Shown piece by piece: positions 21,824-34,365 of a stretch of 64,000 bases of DNA (its first letter is position 1; each line of letters opens with the position of its first letter). The translations under genes and the position numbers were made by a program. Where the stretch lies: NCBI GenBank assembly GCA_001606155.1, contig LODT01000035.1:356658-420657 (forward strand), in the 5' to 3' direction. The stretch comes from Tieghemostelium lacteum (taxonomy: Eukaryota). A model generated the notes under the pieces. It worked only from the letters and a program-made list of their open reading frames with translations, ran no database searches and had not been told where the DNA came from.

Positions 21824-22883
21824 ATGAAATTAATTAGCTTTATCCTTATATTATTACAATTATCTTTTATCTTTTCAGACCCATTGCCATTGTTTATCAA
21901 TACTTTTTATGGTGTAAACATTTCTCTTGTTGATACAACAACTGGATCTGTAAAACCTGTTTATGAAGATTCATCATTTACAAATTCACAATTTGAATTT
22001 AATAGAATCTATTATATTAACTCTACGACCTATTTGGGTGCTGGTGCTTATTCTGAATTGAACTTTTCTTATAAAAATATTGATATGGTATGTATCATTA
22101 CACTTTACAAAAAAATATATATATAACTAATATTAAATTAGAACTACAATAATATTATATCAATAGATTTTAATTGGGAAGATCCTTTGATGAATTCATT
22201 CTTTAACCCCAATACTAATCAAATTTATACATATAATAATACACAAGTGTACTCTAGTGATCCATTTACATTTGAAAGAACAGGTTTAAACATTAATTTA
22301 CCTTCAATTTTTAAATATACATATGAGGTCGGTGTTATTGAAGTAATGCTTGACAGTACAGAAAATATTCTATACTTTTATCTTTTAGTTCCTGAAATCG
22401 TAAGTAATTTTACCTTATATAGAAAATTCAATTAAATCTAATTCATTTTAGCCTGATGTTAAAGTAGATTATAATGAAGGCTTTTATCCATGTGTTTATG
22501 GTATCGGATGTAAATATTTCATTAGCTATAGTATGGATACTGGCAACATGATAAATTCAATAGATTTACATGTCTGGAGTACTACATTTTTTATGATTTT
22601 ACCAATTTCATCAACATCCATCATAGGTGCAACTCAAGATACAAATTCTTACCAATTAACATTTGTGAATTTCAACCCTACCAATGGTGAATTAAAAACA
22701 TTGACAACTACTGAAGGACCATGTCAATTTGTGTTCAGTACAGCTGGTGATAATATTAACCAAATTGTTTATCTATTAGTTAGTGGAAATATTTTAGTAT
22801 CCTATGATGTTAAATCCAATCAAATCAACAATGTCACATTACCTTCAACAGCTGGTCAAATAATACAAGTAGGTAGCTGGTAA
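21824..22883 (+). CDS. Secreted protein, paralog C of the same family. Exons 21824..22087, 22142..22399, 22452..22883 (317 aa)
   Basis: ATG at 21824 with signal peptide MKLISFILILLQLSFIFS + DPLPLF. IDM|gtatgt and EI|gtaagt donors. Motifs FNPNTNQIY, FNPTNGELKTL, YPCVYGIGCKYF. Introns are 54 and 52 nt. Confidence 0.6.
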
Positions 22884-23315
22884 AACCATTTTCAAAGTGT
22901 ATCAACAATAGATTATTCTCTTAAATAATGAAACTATTTCGGGTATCTATTGTTTTGATATATCTAGGTATTTTAAAACAAAATAACTTGAAACAGAATA
23001 AAAATATAAAAATTATTGTTAATAATATCAGTAGACTTTGTGCTATTTATACGAATCTGGTGTTTATACTAGGATACAACTTCCATCAGCTGAATTTTAA
23101 GTAAAAACTTTGAGAACACTTGTTGGTGAATAATAATTATATAATATCATGTTGAATAGATTGTTTCTGCTGTTTATTGTCAACAATTCCCATTACTAAT
23201 AAATTTACTCACTTCTGCGTCAAATTTTATTGATCATGGGGATTTGGTTTTGTTTTAAGTAATTTAATATTGCAATATTCATTGCAGTTTATTGAAATGT
23301 ATTTTTGTTTTATTT

Positions 23316-23849
23316 TTAATTTTTTTTGGTATTTTCAATTGAAATATATGGAATGAGAATTTCAGTTAATTGTTGATAACATTCCTCTAAATTATCATTT
23401 GATTGATATATAATATTATCAAAGTGATCTGAGGTACAAAATGGTATATCTTCTTTAGCCAAATCTATTAAATATTCAAAAATTTCATTATCTAGATTCT
23501 TTTTTTTTTGATAATCTCTAAATTGCTCTATTGATTTTGAAGTAATACATATAAAAATAGCATTCTTACATGTACCTTCTTGTTTAATAGTTTTACTAGA
23601 CGGGATATCGATAAATATTAGACTTAATTTTCCCATATCTTTTATTCTTTGTAATTCTAATCTACTTAGATATATATTTAATCTTTCATAGAAAACGATA
23701 AAATTTTTCTCTCGAATTTCTCTTTCTAATATGTCTTTAGATATAAAATAATCTTCTGAATTTTTGCCTAGTAACTCTTTTTGTATTTTAGTTGAATGAA
23801 ATTTTACATCAATAAATTTGTCCTGAAAATCTAATTTTAACCTTTCCAT
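23316..23849 (-). CDS. Hypothetical protein with weak similarity to the C-terminal (GMP-binding/lid) part of guanylate kinase; no P-loop detected
   Basis: ATG MERLKL at 23849. LSLIFIDIPS..EQFRDYQKKK..FDNIIYQSNDNLEECYQQLTEIL parallels the guanylate kinase segment IFIFIxPPS..RL..RG..FDxVIVNDDLExAY. I could not find an upstream exon encoding a GxxGxGK loop. Confidence 0.3.
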   Translation of the reverse strand: MERLKLDFQDKFIDVKFHSTKIQKELLGKNSEDYFISKDILEREIREKNFIVFYERLNIYLSRLELQRIKDMGKLSLIFIDIPSSKTIKQEGTCKNAIFICITSKSIEQFRDYQKKKNLDNEIFEYLIDLAKEDIPFCTSDHFDNIIYQSNDNLEECYQQLTEILIPYISIENTKKN

Positions 23850-24671
23850 TACTTTATACCTAATTAGAATTTTTCTAAAATTATTAATTTTTGAACATAC
23901 AATAATCTTGGCAAAGACCAATCAAACCTGTTATAAATATAGGAACTAAATTCATAAAAAAATAATTAATATAATATTGTAGTAAAAAAGAAAAACAACA
24001 AACATTGAATTTTTTAAAAAGGGTTAAACATATTTTTATTTTAAAGTGGGTTTATTTAAATAATTAATTTATAATTGAAATTATTCCTTATGAGTTTTTC
24101 TTCATATTGTGAGAAAGATAAAAATAACATGTGACCTCAGTCAACAATAAAAACTGTTTCATAATTAAACCTTTCCTAATAAAAAAACAAAAAAGTACAA
24201 GAAATGATTTTCAAGAAAAAAACAACTTTTTGGTTATGAAGATTGAAAAATGCGAAATGGATTATTAAATACGCGGTATGGCGAGGGATTCCAAAAGATT
24301 ATTTATATAAAAATAAAAATCTTTTTATAATTATATTTGGTAGAATAGACTCTTCAAGGCCCATTTTATATTCAAAATTGGAGTTTTTATAGATGCTTTG
24401 GAATTGATTGTATCCTATACTTCCAATTTTAGTATCTTATTTTTAATAATTCAATTATTTGTTTTAACAGATAAATAACACTTTAATAAGTAGTGTAAAA
24501 AATTATCATTCACCAAATACTGTTGAATAACTATAACCCTAAATTACTACTATTTTACAAATGAGACTTTATTATTATTTTGTTATGATTCTTATTGATT
24601 AAAATATTTTATTTTTTTTTTGACTTTACTAATATGAGGATTTTTATTCTTCTTGTAAAAATATATATTTT

Positions 24672-26926
24672 TTAATTTGAACAAGTTGGTTGATATTTAC
24701 ATTTTTGGGAGGTGGTAAGAACTAGGATACAACGATGAGGAGATTTACATGTTATATCAGCACAGGTAATACAATAATCTTGTTTAACACATTTAAAGAT
24801 TTGATTTGACTCTTCTTTACAATCATAACCTAAAGCACATGAATTTTGCAAACATGATCCACATTGATACTCATCAAATTCATTTACACAGATATGAGAA
24901 TCTGGTAAACATATTTGTCCTCCTGTGCAAATGCAATCATTTTTTTGTAGAACTTGAGTAGATGTAACAGTAGATAGCGATGTTGTTCCAGCAGTTGAAG
25001 TGACTGGTGGGGCTGGTGATGGTGTAGCAGTAGTACTTGTTGTAGCAGATGTAGTAGATGTACTGGCTGTAGTAGTACTAGTTGTAGCAGTACTAGTTGT
25101 AGCAGGGTCTGTTGTTGTAGCTGGTTTGGTGGATGTTGTGGTTATGGTTGGATTAGTTGTAAATATTTTAATTGTATCATTAATTATATTTAAATATGAA
25201 ATTGAAATTGTAGCAATGGATGAATTTCTATTTGTTTTAAACAAGACATTGGACAGACTTTGTAAAAAATTTGGATCTCTTTTGGTATTAAATACTTGTA
25301 GCTCACCATTTGAAATACTAACAACATCAGATGAAGTAGTGTTAGATGATGAAAATGATAATTGATCAGATGGATCAATACTATCCAAAACTTTAAAAGT
25401 AATGAATTGAACATTACAAGCAGAAGAATATGGATGAAAATTAGATTCTAAGAAACGATATTCACCATTGGGGTTATAGGCAATAGAGGTATTAATGATA
25501 TTCAACGATGCTGAGATTATAGTTTTTTCACCAAATAAAATATAATTCGTATGATTACTTTTAAATTGTAAAATTAAATCTTGAATACCATCATTATTAA
25601 AATCAGTCCAAGCTGAAAAACTAAATGCCGAGTATAATATTATAAAACCTCTACAATCACCAAATAATGGAGATGTTTTGATATCCAAATCATAAACAGC
25701 AGGTAATTTCATGGTGGTTCCATATACTCCCCAAGTAATTTGATAATTATAATCATTGCATGATATATCGGATATACCATCTCCATTAATATCTCCAACA
25801 TACATAGAGGTGCAAAATTTTTGAGGTGAAGAAATATCTCTGACCCATTTAACAACTTCAGATGAGTTACCACTGTTGATATCAAAATGAGATTCCCAAT
25901 TTCCACCTTTTTTACCATAAATCATATAAATTGAATTTGAATCATTACTAGCTACAGCCAAATCTTGTAATCCATCACCATTTAAGTCACCAAAACCAAT
26001 CTGAAGTGCATAGTCGAAAAAAATAGCCTCCATTTTAATTGTAAAACCAGTTGTACCATTTAATACTGGATTATATGGATTTGGATAAATTTTTACACCA
26101 AAACTAACAGTACCATTATCAGTATCCGAAAGTATTACTAAATCATCAATTCCATCATTATTCAAATCTCCACAACCAAGTTTTATAGAATGATCCTTAT
26201 TCATTATATGTCCATATGTTCCATTTGATACAAAGTTAGAATCAAATTTACCAGAATTGGTTGGAAACTTTTTACCATTATCAAGTCCATAGAGAACATA
26301 AATATCATCTCTGGTATTAAATATTAAATCTTTTATACCATCTCCATTACGATCGCATAAAACTTGAAATGAAGAGAAGTAGGCATGGAGAATATAAGAA
26401 GAATCAATTTCAAATCCATCAATTCCATCAAAAGTTGAAAAATCATTCTTAAATGGTCCTGCATGACCATAAATTATTTTTAATTGATTTTTTGTTGTAC
26501 GAAATATAATTTCATCATATCCATCATCATTTATATCTCCACATATAAAGTAATTCCGAAGATCTGTTATTTTAAAGTCAATACTGAAACCATTGACTCC
26601 ATCAATCATTGAAGCTGTTAAAGGTCTTTGGCCACCATATCTTGAGATATCACCAAAAAATACATATATTTTATTGGTTTGATAATTTGATATTATAAAA
26701 TCCTAATATTATATTTTGGTTAGAGTATATTTAAATACACTATATAAATTTCAACTTAAAAACCCACTTGTTTACCATCACCATTAAAATCAAAACCTCC
26801 AGTTTTAAATTCATAAAAAAATTCTAAACCATAACTATTAGTATCATTAAGTAAATTCTCTGATGATGGGAAACCAATATTTATAGATATCTTTAGAAAT
26901 AAAATTAGTAAGATAAATTTATACAT
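24672..26926 (-). CDS. Secreted FG-GAP/VCBS-repeat beta-propeller protein with a Thr-rich mucin-like linker and a C-terminal Cys-rich EGF-like module. Exons 26926..26768 and 26702..24672 (730 aa)
   Basis: Signal peptide MYKFILLILFLKISINIG. Repeated Ca-binding-like loops DxNxDGxxD (FDFNGDGKQDFII, GDINDDGYDEIIF, CDRNGDGIKDLIF, GDLNNDGIDDLVI, GDLNGDGLQDLAV, GDINGDGISDI, TDFNNDGIQDLIL). T/S/P-rich linker, then a 16-Cys tail. 65-nt intron (gtgggt donor, unusual). Confidence 0.7.
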
Positions 26927-27479
26927 CTTTTATGAAAAGAATGAATATATAATAAAGAGAATTTTTGAAGAGAATAGTGTTAAATTTGTTGTTTACATAA
27001 ATTTTATCACACACTTTTTTTTTTAAACACATTTTACATAATACTTATATAGTCATTATAATAGAGTAGCTATTTATATCAAGAAGAGATACCCTATTTG
27101 ACACCTATTTATCATATAAATACTATATCTATCTGACAGCTTATTCCATTTTAACAAGCTACAAATGTTATCAAATTTTAACTACTCCTATTATTCATAG
27201 TTAATCTGTTAAATCTATACATTTAACTTTCTCTAATTATCTTTAAATTTCATATCTTTTTTAAATTCAATAAAATAATCTCATTCTATAAACTACTCTA
27301 TTAAGTAAAAATTCTAACATGTTGCTAAAAAAACAAAATTATTTTTTATAAATGGTTTGTGAGAAATATTGAGGGATCACATATAATGCAAATGTGACTT
27401 TACTCATATTTTTAAATAAAATATTTTGTAGTTTTGTTCAATATTTTTAGATGCAAATACAGATAAAATACTGTGAATA

Positions 27480-28460
27480 TTAAAATGGAACCTTGAGGAT
27501 TGATTGATACCACAAGACTTATGATTACAAAGATTGTAGTGGTAAATTTTTAATCATAATCAGGTTTTCAAGTTGGACATCATATTTCAGTTCAGTTGTT
27601 GGTCCTAATGGTAGTGGGAATCTAATGTCAATGAAGCTGTGCTTTTTATATATGGTGTCATTGTTAAACAAAATAGACAGAATAAACTTGGTGATCTTGT
27701 TCAACTCTCAAGATAAAAAGAATCTTACAAATGCACAGATTTCAAAGTTTCGGTATATTTTCAAGAAATTCAGATTTGAAATGTATATGTGATGGACAGG
27801 GAGAATATGGGAATTGTAGCCAGGTGAGGATTATAGAGTTTTTGAAGGTTCAGAAGCCGATAGAAAAAAAAAAGTTAACAAAAAGTGAACAGTGAAGAGG
27901 GTTCGTAGTGGTCAGTTATTCTTTATCAACCAAATTTTGGTGGATGATCCTCATGATGTGGATATAGTCAATAATGTGAATATTCAACCAGTTTATTGAT
28001 TACAGAGGCACCTAAAGATCATAAATTGACATTTCCGTAGATTTTCAAAGTGTTCAGTTTATAAAGTCAAAGGATTGTTGACAGAGTGAAAACAACTAAA
28101 CAACACATGAAATCAGATGATTGCCTTACCACACTAAAAGAAAATGTATATTATTATACAAAAGGATGTAAAGACTTCAATGAGAAATAAAAACTAATTA
28201 GACTACTGTTTCACCACAAATGATGACATTAGTAAATACAGATACCATTCCAAATTGACATTATAAATAGATATCCAATTGGAAATATTATTCTTAGAAT
28301 TAACTAATGCTTTTAGTTTAAAACTATGATTGGTTTTTAATATGCTAGAAGTGGAGATGGATGTCCATTTGTTCTATATAGAAATGAAGGTAATTGCGAT
28401 TATGTTGATAAGGATGATGTAATATTTGCTGTTGTAGATGTTGAGTATTACAATTATTAT
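27480..28460. repeat. ORF-free island of moderate GC (likely a transposon or repeat remnant) that contains the second copy of the 45-bp repeat at 28402..28445
   Basis: About 1 kb of complex, non-AT-homopolymer sequence between two genes, with no ORF of 60 aa or more on either strand. It shares atgttgataaggatgatg.(a/g)atatttgctgttgtag.tgttga with the 6969..7013 copy. Confidence 0.4.
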
Positions 28461-28635
28461 ATAACTTTCAATTGTTATTGTTGAAAATACAAACACTTTA
28501 ATCAAGGGTGCCATATAAAAGGAAATACTAAGATTATCTTTAAATTAAATAATTAAATCCCTTTCGAGGATATTTTATTATTAGGTTTAAGGTCCAATGG
28601 CTACCTTTAACTAAAGTTATTCGAGGATGATTGAT

Positions 28636-31600
28636 TTATGGATTTAGACTGTGACTGGATTGTGAATCTCTAGATAATGATGAATTTAAAAAGGAACTGT
28701 TTTGCTTCTGAGAGTTAAAAGATTCTTGCCCACTGTTTACATATTGGAGATTTGACACTTTTGTAGTTTGTTTTATACCTGAGAGATTACCTTGATTGTA
28801 TGAATAGAAAATAGAGAGAGAAGGTATAATTTCGGTTAAAATTAGACCCAAGAAAGAGAAGACCACATTGGAAGGTTCAGCACCGACAAGAATCAATACA
28901 AATACACAATGAAGAATGAAACCAACTGAACACGCAAAAGTAATGATAAATATCTTTTGATGGTGATCAGAAGTTGAGCTTGACTCTGAGACTCTTTTAA
29001 CACGCATTGCCAAATATAGGCTACCACCCAAATAGATGAATGCAGCACCAATGACTAAACTGATAACAGCTTGAATAACTGCATATACAATACTGACAAC
29101 TCTTTGAGGTGTTGTGCTACTGACTGAAATGATAATTCTACCACCACAATCATCTTGAGGATCTTGTTCTGTGAAATGGAAAACTAAAACAATGATCATG
29201 AATAGTAAATACAGGATAATGTTAATTATCAAAACTACATAAGTTACTTGTTTCAAGAGATCTCTAGTTTTGGCTTTAGCTTTGATAATAATATACCATA
29301 ATACTACAATGATAGTGAATGATGTGAAATAGATAAAAGTTGGTAATACAACCAAGATATAGTCACCAACTGGATTATTGGATAGTGAACCAGATGGAAG
29401 AATGAAAAAGTATATAGCTCTGATAGTTATAAACAATGTAACGAATATAATAAGTAAATGAACCAATTTCAAAGGTTCTTTTAGTGTTTTTCTACGATAA
29501 AGAACTACAGCCATCTGAATGATACCCCACAGAGAGGTAATCAAAAAGATAACAGCCAATGTATAGAGTAAGCCTCTTGCAGTCTTATCAAACACTTCTT
29601 TGTTAACATCCTCCCAATTATCAAATCTATGTACTGGGAATATATTGATACTGGATTGTGAGTTGTTTGTTATGTCACCACATACATAGTTTACATCTGT
29701 CAATGTGACATTGTCTCTAATGGTTTTATGGTAGATTTCTAATTCCATAGGTACCAATTCAGTTGTATCGGTATTCTCAAGTGCAAAGTCAAGTACTGGA
29801 TAAGTTTTAGATTGTTTACTGTATTCTGATGTTTCAATAAAACATAGAGTCAGACTTTGAATACCTTGTGATGAAATTTTAATACCGTCGCTTAAAATTG
29901 TACCTATGATAGCTCCTTTGCCATTTAGGATACCATAGTTATCAGGTTTACGATAGCTAACAAATGAACTGGAAAGAGATTGAGCAGCAGTTGATTTATA
30001 CAATTGTTTACTTATTTGACTGATAAGTGCTGATGTACATGCAAATGTTATTGAATCTCTAGTGAAAATAATCTTTCCATTATTGAATTGGTACGATGAT
30101 TCTTCACCTTGACATGGCTTAGTTTCACCCAAAACCAATGCAGAAGTGGAGAAACACCCAGATCCACCATCACCAGAGCATGAACAGCTGATGGATTTCA
30201 AATTATCTTCAACTCTCTCCATTTTACATAGTGATTCAGATCGATAGAGATCGGCTATGTGAGTCTTTACAGAATCATCCAATTCTTCGTATAGGTATTG
30301 ATAGTTTGTTAGATTTTGTCTAGTTGTTGAAAATACGAATTTTGGTGACATCCATTGTGGTTTTACACTGATACCTGGGTACCAAGTTGCAGGAGTCCAC
30401 TCAAACATATTTTCCCATTGAGCAAATACATCTAATCCACAACTATTACATAGTTCTTCTGTCATTTGGTTAAATCTGAAGTTGTAAGGTAGATTAAAGT
30501 AATTGTTATCAAGAATCTTACAACCTTGTTTACTCAAGCATTCTGATTTGGATTTTGAAGGTACCCACCAATAGTATTCACTACCTTGGTCTGTACATTC
30601 TTGTTCATTCAAAGGTGCCAGGGTTATATTATAACTATCCAAAATGTATCCAGCAGCATCTAATGGTGAGAAATAGTATGGATAACATCCCAATGGTGAA
30701 TCTTTTTCCAAATCTATATTACATGTGGGTATAGGCCAATGAGTTTTCCAAATGAAATGACCTCTTACACATTTACCATGTTTCTCTGGATAGAAACTAA
30801 CTAAATCCTTTGAGAAGAAATAACTGTCTGAACATTCACCAGCTTGGTCACATTCTTCTTTACTCTGACAAAATATAGGTTCAGCAGCACAAACATTCCA
30901 ACCATCTAAACCTTGAGAGAAACATTGATCATATGGGTTGATGCTACAATTCACCCAAACAGTTGTTAAATCTGGCATGGTAACAACTAGACATTCACCC
31001 TCATTAGTAGCATTGGTATATACACAAACTTGATAATCAATATCCCAAGCCATTTGTGGTTGATTGCAATTTTCAGAGGCTATAATTTCTCTAATAATAC
31101 AAGTAGGGGCCATACCACCACATGTGTACCCACATGGTTTATCACAGTATCCAGACTGTTCACATGTAGCCTCATCAATTGTTGCATCATAGTAACCATT
31201 ATCAAATATACAAACATTTGTATTTGGGTTCTCGCAAGTAGCTTGACTTGTAATTTGGTCAAAAACAAAGCAATCAGTGATATTAGAAGAACAGTATCCA
31301 CAATAATCTGGAGCTTGTTCGCATTGGTCTTTACATTCCTGCACTGATAAATCTACATTGCAAGGAGCAGTATTACAGAATCCAATTTGATCTTCACAAA
31401 TGTCATTGTAGTTCACAGATGCTGTTACCCAGCCACCATAATTTCCATCATAGCATACATCATGTACAGTTTCACATGTCAAATCCATGCATTTTGGATA
31501 GGGGTAGCATCGATTTTCTTCTGTAAATTGGGAATAGTATTTATAAAATGTACGGTAACTCTGACCGGTGAAATATGTACAATCTTCATGTTTGAATGCT

Positions 31601-34026
31601 TCAAATACTTTATCTATAAAATCCTCTCCATTGTTGGTTGTGGTGTTCAGTTGATGTTTATAGATGATGGAGAATACATAGGGTTTAGGTAGACTTTCAA
31701 AAACACATTCCAAATAGGATCTGTCTTGCTGCTGTGCTGGAATCAGACATAATCTCGAGAAAAGGTCACATGTGTATCCATTAGTCCCACAATCAGCATC
31801 AGAATTACAAGGTAGAGATTTTAGAACGCCTTTACATTCTCTTAGAATACTAATCATTTCAATATTAGTTTGATCTGGTAAGAAACCTGGTACATCACAA
31901 TCAGAGGTGGATGATAGTGAATTTTGGTATTCATCCAAAACGGATATGGTGCATTCGGAAGATGAGCATTGATCATTTACCAAATCCTCTCTGACACCAA
32001 TAAAATCAGTTTGGTCTACTGATAGTAATCTAGGTACGCAGCAATGAAAGAATGTCAAACTACTATTGCAACATGGATCCAAATCAAATCTAGGGTCACT
32101 ATTGGAATAGGGACAAAATGTAGTAAGTTTCTCTACTGAGGTTGTATTACTATTCAATAGTGAAGAAGCTTGATTTTGACAGGATACCCATTCGTCTGTC
32201 AGTGTCAATGTATTGATTTTAAATACTACAGAGTTCAATTTAATAAAATCTGTAGTTGAGAAGAGTGTATCTTCCTCTTTGTTCAATCTTTCAGTTACGT
32301 TTAAGAAACCATCATAGTTACAAGTGAGATTTGTCAATGTGTAACCAAAGTCTCCTGAAAGTGCATTTCCATTCTGATCAACTAGTTTATAGAGAAATTG
32401 TAGTTTGGCATTGACTATTTCTGATAAATCAGCATTTACAGTTTTCTTATTACCCTGTCTGATAGATAACAAATAAGCAGCTTTATAATGATTCTTTTGG
32501 GGTTGATTGGCATTGTCTTCATAGGTTATACCATAGAATCTCTTATCTTGAGATAATATACTTGGCAGTGGCCATATTGGAAGAATCTGAGTGAATGGGT
32601 ATTCAACTGAAAATGGATTACATCTAGACCAGACATTACACCCAATACTGTCCCCAGAAGGTAAAAGCAATCTAGTAGTTTGTACTAAATTATATGCAGA
32701 TGCTTGTGGCGACCCATCTGTAATTGAAATCAATTCATTGTAACCTTGTGTTGTGATGGTAAAAGAGTAATTTGATCTGTAGAATGTAGATACACCAATA
32801 TATAATACCAATGGATCACCATTAGGAAGAGGTGATAATTTTAATGTCAAATAATCATCACGTTCATTTGAGCAATCCCATTTAGCATTACTCAATGAAT
32901 TTGGGAATGGTTTAGATGGATCATCACTAATGAAAAAATCAATATCCTCTTGAAGTGATGGAAATCCAAATGCAACAACTTGTGGTGTATTTACTGAATA
33001 GGTGTAATAATGCATCTCTTCATCAGCACCTTCACCTTGTACTAAAGATCCATCAACTACACAATCATGTGTATTTAATACTTTTGGACAACTAGTTGCA
33101 ATAGTAGAATTAGATACCTCTATAATTTTTTTATAATAAAATTATTAATAATATAACTCGATAGAATGTAACATCTAACCATTACATACCGGAAGATAAA
33201 ATTTCAAAGGAAAATTGTGCCATTGGTGATTGTGCAACAATGGTAATGAAATAAGTTGATTTAGTCCATTGTCCAGCTGAAAGAAACTCTTGATTATCAG
33301 TTGGACATATATTTAATTCAAAACTGTATGCTGTATCTGTAGAAGGTGAATTTCTTCCAAAATAAGAGAAATAAGGGTATGGAGAGACATTCATTGTTAC
33401 CTTACCTTGATTTGGTGATAATAGAACCCTGATACCTTCACATATTTCTGAATTTGCTTTATAACGTAGATTTAATACACCACTATCTTCAATTGTGAAA
33501 TCATATTTTTTATTTCTTTCAACGACCTCCCAAGTTTCATCTGGATTGCAAAAGTATAGATAGAGTTCACTGCCATCACTGGCGATATTAATCTCAGTGG
33601 GACATGGTGTACATGAACTACTATTAGAAGCTGTTATACCACATTGGTCTCCTGTTCCTGTATAATCACATGAACAATCTACAGCTTCTTGTTGGCATTC
33701 ATAGTTGGGACATGATACTGATCTGTACCTGTAAAGTTCTCGGTCAAATTCCAAATCAATTAATGCATAATTTAACTCAACACCCAGTACATTAGCTTGT
33801 TTTTCTAAAATACTACCAGATTGTAGATTAAATCCAAACACTCTTAATTCTATAATTTTTGATCACAACGTGCGTTAGTACTCTTTTTACAATGATGGTG
33901 AAAAAAATTATGTGGGGGTTGGGGGTAATTTTTAAAACCATTATTAAAGTCAAAAAATATTGTGATATTACCATTTGATAATAAATATAGTAGTAATAGT
34001 ACAAGTAGTGAGTATTTGTTTCTCAT
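28636..34026 (-). CDS. Very large (1732 aa) seven-transmembrane protein with a signal peptide and a ~1300-aa cysteine-rich ectodomain; family unknown. Exons 34026..33972, 33849..33190, 33119..28636
   Basis: Signal peptide MRNKYSLLVLLLLYLLSN. Introns are 122 nt (gtaatatc...ttatag) and 70 nt (gtatgtaatgg...ttatag), with phases consistent. The ectodomain has more than 90 Cys and many N-glycosylation sites. Seven hydrophobic helices in the last ~350 aa (LLYTLAVIFLITSLWGIIQMAVVLY ... FSFLGLILTEIIPSLSIFY), followed by a Ser-rich tail. Confidence 0.7.
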
Positions 34027-34365
34027 CTTTAAAGTTAAAACTAAAGATATTTTTTTTAAAAATTGAATTTTATTTGAAAATTTTAAATACACAATTCTTC
34101 AAAAATCCATATTTAAAAAACTCGTAAATAATTAATCGCTTGATGGTTCCCAAGTTTCCAATTATTTATCTATAAATATTTCAAGAATTGTTTTTAAAAT
34201 AATTATCTTTCATTTTTTTATTATAATTTACGATTTATTGGTATGACTTCATATATGGGGTTAATGATCACAGTGGTGGTAATACACACTACAAATTTAA
34301 AAAATTAAATGTATACATTTTTAATTGTGTGTTATTTATTTTATAGTTGTAGATCAAGGGAAAAA

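Noticed and set aside
25000-25365. 121-aa plus-strand Val/Ala-rich ORF
   Set aside because: Antisense of the Thr-rich mucin linker of the FG-GAP protein gene.
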